Below are positions 1-12,659 of a DNA stretch of 54,897 bases, piece after piece; position 1 is the stretch's first letter; every line of letters begins with the position of its first letter. The stretch lies in contig NC_068985.1 of assembly GCF_001194135.2 (NCBI RefSeq), positions 56,377,224 to 56,432,120 on the forward strand, read 5' to 3'. The notes beneath the pieces are model-generated. The model was not told the DNA's origin and searched no databases. It worked only from the letters and a program-made list of their open reading frames with translations. Both the position numbers and the translations under genes were made by a program. The DNA comes from Octopus bimaculoides. Taxonomy: Eukaryota.

Positions 1-168
1 ATGTATACGAAGGGCTTCTTTCAGATTCCGTCTACCTAATTCACTCAAGGCTTTGGTCGGCCCGAGGCTATAGTAGAAGTCACTTGCCCAAGGTGCAACG
101 GAGTGGGATTGAACTCGGAACCATGTGGTTGGTAAGCAAGCTACTTACCACACAGCCACTCCTGCGCC
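1..168 (-). mobile_element. tRNA-derived SINE, family A (CORE-like), 5' half
   Basis: Minus strand reads GGCGCAGGAGTGGCTGTGTGG (A-box-like), GGTTCCGAGTTCAATCC (B-box-like), then CCTTGGGCAAGTG (CORE-like start). Homologous to copies at 6.1, 9.2, 17.5, 47.6 and 48.2 kb. Confidence 0.8.
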
Positions 169-249
169 TATACACACACACACACATACACACAGGTCAG
201 CAACGAGTTAAAATAAGCAGGATCTTCCCAATTTAAAATTTATTAATTT

Positions 250-530
250 ATTGTTCTATATTGGAGAAAGCTATCCCATACAAGCGCAGATCCTACAGGA
301 GCTGAATGAGATTTTCATTATGCCTGAGCGAGGAGAATTTTTATCCTTTTTCAGAACAAACAAGCATAACACAAGATGGAGCTCCTACGCTTTTACAGAC
401 ACACTTCTAGATACCTTATATGCTACCAATCGATTCCATATGAATAGCCTATTTGGACTTTACCATATATCCCCATTTTTATCGAGCGCTTCGCAACTTT
501 TTAAAAACACCATCGATATTGATTACAAGC
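250..530 (+). mobile_element. Possible highly decayed mariner transposase fragment
   Basis: An alternative frame reads TQDGAP...HFYRALRNFLK, resembling the mariner (H/Q)D(N/G)A-P motif and HLFRSLxNFL. Multiple stops. Confidence 0.25.
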
Positions 531-574
<44 letters not shown>

Positions 575-3346
575 CTTTTTGATCGCTTCAAACGATTCTT
601 TTCATTTGCTACTATATACAGTATTCCGTCCGTTGGTTTTTACCATCCTCCTTATATACGTATATATTTAAGCTCATGTCCAGAACAAATTTTCTACTAT
701 CATTATTTTAATATCATTGTGTATTTCTAAAGGTCTTGCAAGTTCTATTCATTTTTTCCCCATTTTATATTATTTTATTTTTGTGCTTCATATTCACTTT
801 GTTTTACACCTCATAGCTAGGACTTTAGGTTTTTATAAAATCATCATTTTTAGAAAATTAATATATTAAACCTGTAAACCTTTCAACAGCCACCAATGTT
901 ACAGAGCAATTTCATCTATGATATTTATATTTTATTATTTTAATCATTTATGATTTTTAGTTCATCCTAAATTACTTTTGTTGTCTCAGTATACAGCTTG
1001 CTTTTCTCTAGTTGTCATTATCTTGTTTGTATATATGTTTAACATACTTGTTTATTTCTAGGAGTGCATATACATATTTTGTGTGCATAAGGGACCGTGT
1101 GATGCGAGGTGACGAGAATGGCCCTTTAGTACCACATCACACGGACGATACAATAAAGAGGAATGGGATAGAACACATAAATGCCAGATGGAAAAAAAAC
1201 AACCTCGTAGAATGATTAAGGGAACATTTATTAATAAGTTAACATGTGTTTGTGTTTTGTGGTCAGTGGCTAGACCTTAAAAGGTCTGGAACCAAAGACG
1301 TCGGAAGGAGGAAAAGGTGAGTTTTTATAAGGAGCAGAAGGTCCAAACAGGGTAGTGAACAGGCTGTCCCACGTGATCGTATTTAGGGTACCTGACTGAT
1401 TATACGCGGCCGTTGGCTCAATCGAGTAAGAGACAAATTGCGCCAATACCAAATCAATGAAACTAGTGGACACAACAGGATCCAAATAGCGGCCAAAGGC
1501 TAGCTGTTCCCTGTTAAGTTCGAACGCACGTATGTATAATAAAGGGAGAGAGAAATTACACCAGAGTCTATGCTACACATGTCTACTTCATATCTGATAA
1601 TATGAATGTATTTATGTATATTTTTATGTTTCGCACGTGTTTATATATTTTGGAATGCGTGTACATATATACATGTATCTTTGTATATGTTTTCATATGT
1701 GCCTATGTACGTTATTATTACTGATAAGTATCTTCATATATGTATTTGTGCGCGCGTTCAGATGTAGATGTATTTTTATGTATATATATAAAATTGAAGG
1801 CCATTTGAACATTTTCATAGAAGAAACATTTGGTCGTGTTTATGTTGTCACACCAAAGGAGAACTATATTATTTAAGAATTTTATTGCATAGTATATTTT
1901 CCTTTCCCGCTGCGCATCGAAATTTTCAATCTGGAGTGCTTGTGACCCAACGGTCACCGCGGGTACATCTAGTATATATATATATATATATNNNNNNNNN
2001 NNNNNNNNNNNNNNNNNNNNNNNNNNNNNNNNNNNNNNNNNNNNNNNNNNNNNNNNNNNNNNNNNNNNNNNNNNNNNNNNNNNNNNNNNNNNNNNNNNNN
2101 NNNNNNNNNNNNNNNNNNNNNNNNNNNNNNNNNNNNNNNNNNNNNNNNNNNNNNNNNNNNNNNNNNNNNNNNNNNNNNNNNNNNNNNNNNNNNNNNNNNN
2201 NNNNNNNNNNNNNNNNNNNNNNNNNNNNNNNNNNNNNNNNNNNNNNNNNNNNNNNNNNNNNNNNNNNNNNNNNNNNNNNNNNNNNNNNNNNNNNNNNNNN
2301 NNNNNNNNNNNNNNNNNNNNNNNNNNNNNNNNNNNNNNNNNNNNNNNNNNNNNNNNNNNNNNNNNNNNNNNNNNNNNNNNNNNNNNNNNNNNNNNNNNNN
2401 NNNNNNNNNNNNNNNNNNNNNNNNNNNNNNNNNNNNNNNNNNNNNNNNNNNNNNNNNNNNNNNNNNNNNNNNNNNNNNNNNNNNNNNNNNNNNNNNNNNN
2501 NNNNNNNNNNNNNNNNNNNNNNNNNNNNNNNNNNNNNNNNNNNNNNNNNNNNNNNNNNNNNNNNNNNNNNNNNNNNNNNNNNNNNNNNNNNNNNNNNNNN
2601 NNNNNNNNNNNNNNNNNNNNNNNNNNNNNNNNNNNNNNNNNNNNNNNNNNNNNNNNNNNNNNNNNNNNNNNNNNNNNNNNNNNNNNNNNNNNNNNNNNNN
2701 NNNNNNNNNNNNNNNNNNNNNNNNNNNNNNNNNNNNNNNNNNNNNNNNNNNNNNNNNNNNNNNNNNNNNNNNNNNNNNNNNNNNNNNNNNNNNNNNNNNN
2801 NNNNNNNNNNNNNNNNNNNNNNNNNNNNNNNNNNNNNNNNNNNNNNNNNNNNNNNNNNNNNNNNNNNTATATACACATATATATGTGTGTGTGTGTGTGT
2901 GTGTGTATGCATCCATGTATCCATATATCTTTGCTGTCTGTGTGACTATATATCTACATGAGTTTTCCTTTCTTTTCTTTTCATTCTGGTGTTAGTGCAT
3001 GCGTATATTTGCATACTTTTTCTACTGAATTGGACAGAATTTTCCATAGGCTTCAACATAGAATTTCTCACTCGTAAGGCCTGTATGTTTCGAAAATGTA
3101 ATTTCACAAATAAAGTGCACTTCATATTCAAGGCTCCGTTGAAGCTATAGAATGTTGTCCGGGTACGCAACTGAGAGTCTATCGTATTCTATAGCAGAAA
3201 CAGCTGTAAGATAATGAAGTTCATTGCATAATCTTTGTCTTATCCGGTGTCGTCTCTTTGTTCTTATTACTCATTTAACATTGTGTTCTGAGCATAGGTA
3301 GATTGAATTCTACACCAGGTTATCAGTTTCGCTATGCCGAAACGAA

Positions 3347-3407
<61 letters not shown>
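3347..3407. repeat. (ATCT)n microsatellite
   Basis: Perfect tetranucleotide run. Confidence 0.95.
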
Positions 3408-3806
3408 CATACACACAGACAGATACACACACACACGCACACACAAACACGCACACAAGCGCGCAAGGACACACACATATATACACACACAGATACAGAC
3501 ATCTGGAGATAAACAAAACCTGAATGAGCATTGACCGCGAAAGCCAGCACAGTCTCCTTTGTATATTCCTACTTATTGCTTTATAAGTATAAATACATTA
3601 TTCTACACTGCAGTATCTATGGGAAGAAAATTTTCGTTATTTTGTTAATACTTAGAAATACGATACACGCACACACAAACACACAGACACAGACACAGAC
3701 ACGGACTCACTCACACACACACACACACATGCGCGCGCGCGCACACACAGATCCATTCATGTATCTATATAGTTTTATATCTGTATGGTTTTATAGCTAT
3801 ACATTA

Positions 3807-4049
3807 TTGCGACTCTAGATTACGATATAAAGTTATTGTAATAGGAGTTGTACAAGAATACACTTATCTACGTATATTTGAAGTATAAATATAAATGTAC
3901 TCGTGCATCAGAAACATAGTGTCTGTTTATATACACCTGCTTATATATATATATACATATAAAAATATGTGCATATCCATCTTTCTATTAGTTTGTCTCT
4001 ATACATGCATAAATAAATGCGTACGTACATACATATATACATACATACG

Positions 4050-4081
<32 letters not shown>

Positions 4082-4286
4082 TTATATATATATGTATATA
4101 TATTTATATATATATATATATATANNNNNNNNNNTTGCGACTCTAGATTACGATATAAAGTTATTGTAATAGGAGTTGTACAAGAATACACTTATCTACG
4201 TATATTTGAAGTATAAATATAAATGTACTCGTGCATCAGAAACATAGTGTCTGTTTATATACACCTGCTTATATATATATATACAT
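3807..4286 (+). repeat. 152-bp identical direct repeat (3807-3958 and 4135-4286) across a 10-N gap; probable assembly overlap
   Basis: The second copy starts exactly at the gap edge and appears identical by eye. Confidence 0.85.
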
Positions 4287-4918
4287 GTATACATACATAT
4301 ACATAATATGTATGTAAAGGTACGTATATGGTCTCTGCGCCTATTTGTAAGTCTCCTCACAGCAAGTAAATTGGGAAACTCCTTTGATCAGTCTTACATG
4401 CTGCAAGCAATCATAGAAGTAGAATATAACAAGCCAACTGGAACATATATAATGGCGAAAGTAGATGCCTACCGTGCAGAGTGAATGGATAAATAGAATG
4501 ATTTGTTCACTGGAAAGTTCTATTAAAAACTACAAATGGTAAATAGAAAAAAATTTGAGATTTTCGATAGGCTGCAGACGATTCAAGTTGAGAGAGGGAT
4601 AAGTTTTTGTTATCAGATAAGGCAAAGCATGAAAACGATAGAGAATGATTTCAGTGAGATTGCTACACACACACGCGCGCGCACACAGAAACACACACAC
4701 ACACACACACGCACACGCACCTGCGCGCGTGTGCTGTATGCGTGTATATACATGCATACATATATATGTATATATAGATACATATAAACACATACATGCA
4801 TACAAACATATACGCATTCATGCATACATACATACATACTCGCACGGATATTCTTTCACTGGTTTCATTCAATCAAATTGTTTTCATGCTGGAAAATAGC
4901 CACATGTGTGTGCGTGTA

Positions 4919-4968
<50 letters not shown>

Positions 4969-5034
4969 TGTATTTATTCATTCATATACATATATGATAT
5001 ATATACTTACGTAAAATATGTGTGTATACATACA

Positions 5035-5069
<35 letters not shown>

Positions 5070-5104
5070 GTGTGTATGTGTATACGCAAAACTTAGATAT
5101 ACTT

Positions 5105-5580
5105 TAAAAGAGATATACGATAGATAACTTAAGTAGATATTAGAGAGAGTAAAAGAGTCACAGATGGCTAGATCTGAGAATCTAGATAAAGTTATAATGG
5201 ATATAAGGACGAGATAACGATAATGTCGCTGTCAAAATCGAAAGGAGAAACTATGGATAAGAAAGTCGAAGGGAAGTTAGTAACAAATAGATGGTTTTCT
5301 AATCATATTACACCAAGTCGGTGACTGGCTGGATAATGAATCGATTGAAAAACTAGTTTGACAATGTCAGTTATATTGAAATAGCGAGCGAATTATGAGG
5401 GGAAAACTGAGGAAAGTTTGTAGATAAATAAGTAGATTGAAATGTAAGTTCATAACTAGATACAAGCAATCTGACGGCTAAAACTGTTAAATAGTAATTT
5501 AGGAGCTGAACATGAATGGAAAAGTGATTACTTCTAAAATGTATGAATTTTGTGGATGCCTGTAGATAGAACTGTTATTG
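5105..5580 (-). mobile_element. Very decayed Penelope-like RT thumb-region fragment
   Basis: Minus-strand pieces SIYRHPQNSYI and FHSCSAPKLLFNSFSRQIACI resemble PLE 'SIYRKPT..' and 'HP....SIPYSQALRI'. Many stops. Confidence 0.3.
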
Positions 5581-5639
5581 ATATCCATAAATATTTCTAT
5601 CGTAGGTGCAATATTGATGCTTTTGGAAGGAGGGTAATT

Positions 5640-5712
5640 CTGAAGGTTAAAGCGACTGTACTACTTTGGTAGAATTTGAACTCAAAACGTAAGCGAATGT
5701 AAATACGGCGGG
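5640..5712 (-). mobile_element. SINE family B fragment (tRNA head), cut by gap
   Basis: GAATTTGAACTCAAAACGTAAG is the reverse complement of the B-box region of the copy at 10709. Confidence 0.5.
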
Positions 5713-5722
5713 NNNNNNNNNN

Positions 5723-5890
5723 CTATGGGTAAGAGAAAATACAGGAGGGTCAGTTAATTATGATTTTATTCAACATATTTCCCTCTCAGATTCACGCACT
5801 AAGTTTTTCTAAGCCCTGTGAAAGAACTCGGAATGTCGGATCTCCATCTAGGCCTTTCGTGATACCAGAAACTTTTTAGAAGACCCTATA
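5723..5890 (-). mobile_element. Mariner-derived non-autonomous fragment
   Basis: Minus strand carries a mariner-like C-terminus (GLEKL...LRGKYVE*). The end at 5868-5890 resembles the TIR-like TACGAGxGTCTGCTGAAAAGTT seen at 28175. Confidence 0.45.
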
Positions 5891-6074
5891 TATGCTAACA
5901 AGATAATTTCTTTCAACATTATACAAATCCTACTACTGTGTTAACTACCACGGCACTTCGTCTAACACCATTATTTCTATCGCTATATTATACCGTATAT
6001 ATTATTCTCTTTCTTTCTCTTTCTTTCTCTTTCTCCGCACACATACATTATATCGCTTTTATATTATCTATCAC

Positions 6075-6410
6075 CTTTTATTTATTTCAGTCACTGAACG
6101 GAAGCCACGGTGGGTCATCACCTTCAAGGGTTTTATCATATTTAAGCCTGACACTTATTCTATCAGTCACTTCAACCGAACCGCTAAGTTGCGGTTACAT
6201 AAACAAATCAACACCAGATGTCAATCAGTGTAGGGGACAAATACAGACAGACACATAAACACATACACACACACGCGACGGAGTTTCATACAGTTTCCGT
6301 CTACCACAGGGGTTTGGTCGGCCTGTCGTTCAAGTAGAAGACACTTACCCAAGGTGTTGCGCAGTGGGACTGAACCTGATATAACGTGGTTTTAAAGCGA
6401 GCTTCTTAGG
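6075..6410 (-). mobile_element. SINE family A, near full length
   Basis: Shares CAGTTTCCGTCTACC, GTAGAAGACACTT.CCCAAGGTG and GCAGTGGGACTGAACC blocks with 1-168. Confidence 0.75.
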
Positions 6411-6712
6411 TATACATACATACTTGCAACTGCATGCACACATACATACAAACACGGACATATACTAACATAAGATGCGCGTGGATATGGTAGAAGTAGC
6501 AGTCAATCAAACCTTAGATCATAACACATCGCTTGAGTAATGAGGTGTTGGGTACCCCGCAAAGAGAAACAATGCGAGATGGTCACGATTGGGATGTTTT
6601 AGATCAAGATCTGTTGAATACAAATTGACCAAGGATTAAAAAGCAACAAAACATAAGAAAAAAGACACATACACGAAAACACATAAATGAAAATATAAAT
6701 ACACACAGGCAG

Positions 6713-6749
<37 letters not shown>

Positions 6750-6802
6750 ATGTATATACACACATACACACACGTGTTCGTATATATATACATATATATT
6801 TA

Positions 6803-6835
<33 letters not shown>

Positions 6836-7536
6836 NNNNNNNNNNNNNNNNNNNNNNNNNNNNNNNNNNNNNNNNNNNNNNNNNNNNNNNNNNNNNNNNN
6901 NNNNNNNNNNNNNNNNNNNNNNNNNNNNNNNNNNNNNNNNNNNNNNNNNNNNNNNNNNNNNNNNNNNNNNNNNNNNNNNNNNNNNNNNNNNNNNNNNNNN
7001 NNNNNNNNNNNNNNNNNNNNNNNNNNNNNNNNNNNNNNNNNNNNNNNNNNNNNNNNNNNNNNNNNNNNNNNNNNNNNNNNNNNNNNNNNNNNNNNNNNNN
7101 NNNNNNNNNNNNNNNNNNNNNNNNNNNNNNNNNNNNNNNNNNNNNNNNNNNNNNNNNNNNNNNNNNNNNNNNNNNNNNNNNNNNNNNNNNNNNNNNNNNN
7201 NNNNNNNNNNNNNNNNNNNNNNNNNNNNNNNNNNNNNNNNNNNNNNNNNNNNNNNNNNNNNNNNNNNNNNNNNNNNNNNNNNNNNNNNNNNNNNNNNNNN
7301 NNNNNNNNNNNNNNNNNNNNNNNNNNNNNNNNNNNNNNNNNNNNNNNNNNNNNNNNNNNNNNNNNNNNNNNNNNNNNNNNNNNNNNNNNNNNNNNNNNNN
7401 NNNNNNNNNNNNNNNNNNNNNNNNNNNNNNNNNNNNNNNNNNNNNNNATATATATATATATATATATACATAAATATATTGGTGTGTATAAATATATACA
7501 TATATAAACACGCATAACCATGCATAACTATTTGCC

Positions 7537-7563
7537 TATCTATCTATCTAACTATCTATCTAA

Positions 7564-7615
<52 letters not shown>
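7537..7615. repeat. (CTAT)n microsatellite
   Basis: Tetranucleotide run with CTAA variants. Confidence 0.9.
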
Positions 7616-8138
7616 ACGCGTACATGCATATTAACATGCGCAGAAATGCAGAGACGGACAGACAAAAACAACAACAACATCAACAACAACAAAATAGACC
7701 CAAAAGACCCCCAGACGACTGTATGTCTCGATCGAGATTATATTCCTATATGCCTTGTCCTGCATGGTGGACAGTATAGACACAAGAGAACAACTTTTAC
7801 AGTTGTCTGATGTAACACAATTCTTAAGACGGTTCAATGATCCCAGTCTTTCTGTGAATTTATTCAGCTGTAAATTTGGGATTCTTACAGAGACAAGCTT
7901 CAGTAGAGCTTTGCCTTAGAATTTTAGCGTTCAGTAAAAAGGTAAATAATGAAGGATGTTGAATAAGGCAGGAATCTTTCGCTTGGTCAGCGCAGAATGT
8001 AAGAAATGTACCAATAATTGAAATTAGCCATTTTCTAAACAGTAAACAATATTGGAATGGAATGAATGGAAGAGATGCCTGGGCATTCGTGATGTATTAT
8101 GTGAAACCAAATGCAGCTGTTTCACACACACACACACG

Positions 8139-8175
<37 letters not shown>

Positions 8176-8176
8176 G

Positions 8177-8211
<35 letters not shown>

Positions 8212-9001
8212 CCATACATACACATGCACACACGCGTGTGCACACTCACTCAAACGCACGCACTTACACACACTCACACTCAGACATGTAAAGATAAAAT
8301 ATATGCATACACACACACACGCACGCTTACACACAGACACAGACACAGACACACATGTGTGTATTTAGACATCAACTCGCAAACATACGTGTAGATACGC
8401 ATTCGTATTCATATGTATANNNNNNNNNNNNNNNNNNNNNNNNNNNNNNNNNNNNNNNNNNNNNNNNNNNNNNNNNNNNNNNNNNNNNNNNNNNNNNNNN
8501 NNNNNNNNNNNNNNNNNNNNNNNNNNNNNNNNNNNNNNNNNNNNNNNNNNNNNNNNNNNNNNNNNNNNNNNNNNNNNNNNNNNNNNNNNNNNNNNNNNNN
8601 NNNNNNNNNNNNNNNNNNNNNNNNNNNNNNNNNNNNNNNNNNNNNNNNNNNNNNNNNNNNNNNNNNNNNNNNNNNNNNNNNNNNNNNNNNNNNNNNNNNN
8701 NNNNNNNNNNNNNNNNNNNNNNNNNNNNNNNNNNNNNNNNNNNNNNNNNNNNNNNNNNNNNNNNNNNNNNNNNNNNNNNNNNNNNNNNNNNNNNNNNNNN
8801 NNNNNNNNNNNNNNNNNNNNNNNNNNNNNNNNNNNNNNNNNNNNNNNNNNNNNNNNNNNNNNNNNNNNNNNNNNNNNNNNNNNNNNNNNNNNNNNNNNNN
8901 NNNNNNNNNNNNNNNNNNNNNNNNNNNNNNNNNNNNNNCACACATACATATATGTGTATATATACATATATATAAATATATACACACACACACACACACA
9001 T

Positions 9002-9067
<66 letters not shown>

Positions 9068-9189
9068 CAGCATGACCGCAGCCACTTGGCTGAAACACAT
9101 AAATAAAAAATAAATAAAATACATATATATACATACATATGTATACATATTCACGCACACACACATATATATATGTGTGTGTGTGTATC

Positions 9190-9503
9190 TTTTGTCGTTA
9201 GACTATAGCCATGCTGGGCTCCGTCTTAAAGAACTGTAGTGAAACGAATCGACTACTGTACTGATTTTTCAAGTCTGGTTGTTATTCCAAACATGGACCC
9301 ACATACATATAGACGGGCATACAGCTGGACAGACGGACACGCGCACAGACACACACATACATACACATATATATACGACTACCTTCTTTCAGTTTCCGTC
9401 TACCAAATCTACTCACAAAGCTTTGGACGCCTGTCGAAGGTGCCACTTAGTTCGACTGAACAAGAAACAATGTGATTGGGAAGCATACTTCTTATCACAC
9501 AGT

Positions 9504-9505
<2 letters not shown>
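9190..9505 (-). mobile_element. SINE family A, degraded
   Basis: GCCATGCTGG 3' block and TTCTTTCAGTTTCCGTCTACCAAATCTACTCACAAAGCTTTGG core. Confidence 0.7.
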
Positions 9506-9574
<69 letters not shown>

Positions 9575-10708
9575 NNNNNNNNNNNNNNNNNNNNNNNNNN
9601 NNNNNNNNNNNNNNNNNNNNNNNNNNNNNNNNNNNNNNNNNNNNNNNNNNNNNNNNNNNNNNNNNNNNNNNNNNNNNNNNNNNNNNNNNNNNNNNNNNNN
9701 NNNNNNNNNNNNNNNNNNNNNNNNNNNNNNNNNNNNNNNNNNNNNNNNNNNNNNNNNNNNNNNNNNNNNNNNNNNNNNNNNNNNNNNNNNNNNNNNNNNN
9801 NNNNNNNNNNNNNNNNNNNNNNNNNNNNNNNNNNNNNNNNNNNNNNNNNNNNNNNNNNNNNNNNNNNNNNNNNNNNNNNNNNNNNNNNNNTATATATATA
9901 TATATATTACTGAGGATCCAATGTAATTGATTTATCGCCTTCACCAAACTCGCTTGTTTTGTGCCAAAATTTGAAATCGTTATTTATTTATGATTTAATC
10001 AGGCTGTGTCCATCGTTTAAAAGGTACTCCGCAACTAGTCGAAGGTAATTGAGGGTGGTAGTTGCAGTGAAGGTGAAAACATAACACATAGGTCACTGTA
10101 GTAGCAAGCAGCGCATCAAAACAAAGATATATAGATAGATATATAGATATATATAACTACATATGTGTGTGTGTGTGATCAGTATTATTTTACCGTCGTT
10201 GATAGGAATACAGTGTTACGGGCCAAACATTAGCAACAACAATAACAGTATGTTGTCACAACTATGCCTTGGAGGTTTTGATAAAACTGTATTAAATAAC
10301 GAAGCACCTTTCCTCCATATTCTTTTACAGTTCTTAGTAAAATATGTAGAATAATTTCTCACTATGAACATCGCCCACGAGGCCAATCTAGAAGGTGTTT
10401 AATGGCGACATAGTGTTTTGTGAAGAACGTGTAGTTTCAACAGGGAATTAATTTGCAAATGATAAGACGTAATTAATGGATTTTAAACAGTTTATTAAGA
10501 ATTTCTTCACTTTGTCATAAATAATGTGATTGATTAGGAAATATTAATTATATTCCTTGACACTCAACGCTCTTTTCTATCGATGTTGAGCAATTTATTG
10601 CAAGAATTATGAAGATGTGTTTGTCACGAATTATAAAAGTGAATTAGTGGGTGGGAAATAGAAGCTGCTTTTGAACTAATTTTCCGTTATTATTTGTTCA
10701 TGATTTAA

Positions 10709-10920
10709 GGCGGCGATCCGGCAGAATCGTTTGCACGTCGGGCAAAATGCTTTTGTAGCATTTCATCCGTCTTTACGTTCTGAGTTCAGCTTCCATCAAG
10801 GTCAACTTTGCGTTTCATTTCGAGGTCGATAAAATGAGCATCAGTTGAGCACGGGTCAATGTAATCGATTTACCTCCTTCCCCAAACTCGCTGGCTTTGA
10901 GCCAAAATTTGAAACCGTTA
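10709..10920 (+). mobile_element. tRNA-derived SINE, family B (Deu/Nin-domain-like)
   Basis: Head GGCGGCGATCCGGCAGAATCG, B-box-like GAGTTCAGCTTCC, then TTTCATTTCGAGGTCGATAAAATGAGCATCAG, which resembles the Deu/Nin central domain (recall). Confidence 0.7.
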
Positions 10921-12659
10921 TTCATTTATGATTTAGTCAGGCCGTGTCCATCGTTTTAAGAGGTACTCCGCGACTAGTGGAAAGTAACTGAGGGTGGCAG
11001 TTGCAGTGAAGGTAAAAGCATAACTCATAGGCTACTGTAGTAGCAAGCAGCACATCAAAACAAAGAGGTATTCTTTGAGCGGAAACCTGACTCGGTTGTT
11101 TGTAACTGAATGATGGATGCCACTATGCGCATCTAAAGTCTATGTGGTGTTGTTAAACTGGGCAGTAAATTAAATCTTGCGTTCAAAAATGTCAATGTTT
11201 CACAGAAGACCCCTGTAAGATCAATATTAAATATTCCACTAATTTAACTGTAAGAAAGTATGTTAACAGGTGAAACTTAACATCAAACACATCATAACAC
11301 TCTTAACAGATTACGAAGTAAAGTTACAATCTGTCAGCTTATCCAGTCATCCACTCAACCATTGCAACTTCAGTAAAAATCATCAATTAATACAAGTTTA
11401 AAAAAAAATCTGAGACATTAAATGCACAATTATCATTAAAGTGTGAAACGAACTGTTGAAAAGCGCAAACAAAAGACATGAACCGATTAACTAACATTTT
11501 AGTTACACGATTAATTTCCTTTCTATTAAGCGACCATTCGGGAGAGTAAAATTCTCCATGAGCTTTTCCAATATCAAAGAATGGCGATTAATTCAATATT
11601 TTCAACAAGAGTTACGGTACTCTTGAGTGTTTTTAATTCATGGCTTTAAACATTAGGTTACTTGAAAAATATCTAATAGTGGTTTGAAGTAAAGCGTCAT
11701 GCTAATATTAACAACCGTTTTCTTGGGAGTGAAGAAGAAAATAAAAAGTGAAAAGCGAAAAATATTCAACAATTGATTTCTGAAATGCTTAATGCAAGTT
11801 CTTTAATAAAATTACAATTTTTTTAGCTAAATTCCCAGTATTTATTGTTACACTATACTTCAATCGATTTCATTTGAATCACTGTCACATTCCTGGATAT
11901 GGAACTGTTTATAGATTAGATTTGAACAAAGTAACTTCTATTGACAAATTAATAGCAAATAATGCTCTTATCTATTATGTCATTGTGCATATACATAGAA
12001 ACAGAAATTCGTTTAAACAGGATAGAATTTTAAATATTTGGTGTATAATGATAAACGATAATCAATCATGAGGATCTATTTTATTGATCCAAAGTGTTCA
12101 ACAAAAAGTGTTAACTAAACAGAAATTTGAAATTTAAACATGGGTGACCAAGCATAAATTGAATACGGCCTTGAGACGATGTCAGACACTACTGAAGTTA
12201 TACTAAATTCGTTTCACTAACGAGGAAACAAAAGATGATTCTTAAATTTATAGAAATCTATACAGTCAATTTAATCTCTACTTAAATGGAATGTATTTTA
12301 TCAATCCTCGGAGAGATAAAATGCAAGCAGCCAAGGCACAATTTAAGATTAAAACAGGAAATATGATAAGGTACAGATTACAGCAGAAAACCCTCCCATA
12401 TTTTATACAGCCATTAGTGTGACGCTAGTGGAGTTATGCGGGTGATAATGGCACCTACATGTAGCTAAAGTTTTATCATTTTTCATTATCAGCTACCGTA
12501 ATGGTGTGAACTGGCGCACACTGTACTTTTCAACAAATGTTTATCAAGAACGGCGAATCTGAGAGGATTCCCCCCCCCCCCCTGGGTGCTCGACAGTTTA
12601 TGATCATTCACGGTCTTAAAAATAATGATTTTCTATATTATTAGAGAAGAAATAGTTGA

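Noticed and set aside
1-168. SINE heads as tRNA genes, and short repeats as CRISPR arrays
   Set aside because: The heads lack a cloverleaf and acceptor stem and continue into SINE bodies. No regularly spaced repeat-spacer array exists.
3045-3110. SIGFNIE resembling the Arf-family IGFNVE motif, with AG and GTAAGG signals
   Set aside because: The following residues (FLTRKACMFRKC) lack the Arf F/I-x-x-W-D-x-G-G motif and no other GTPase exon is present.
3807-4286. Identical 152-bp direct repeat as a biological duplication
   Set aside because: The second copy begins exactly at a 10-N gap, the usual signature of unmerged overlapping contig ends.
7631-7837. CVTSDNCKSC as a PLE pre-endonuclease Cys motif
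   Set aside because: No GIY-YIG residues follow, and the segment is too short to call.
8052-8394. His-Thr repeat 'proteins'
   Set aside because: These are translations of (CA)n.
10395-10700. Cluster of TAAT/TGATTGAT homeodomain-like sites
   Set aside because: Expected by chance at this AT content, and no conservation data are available.
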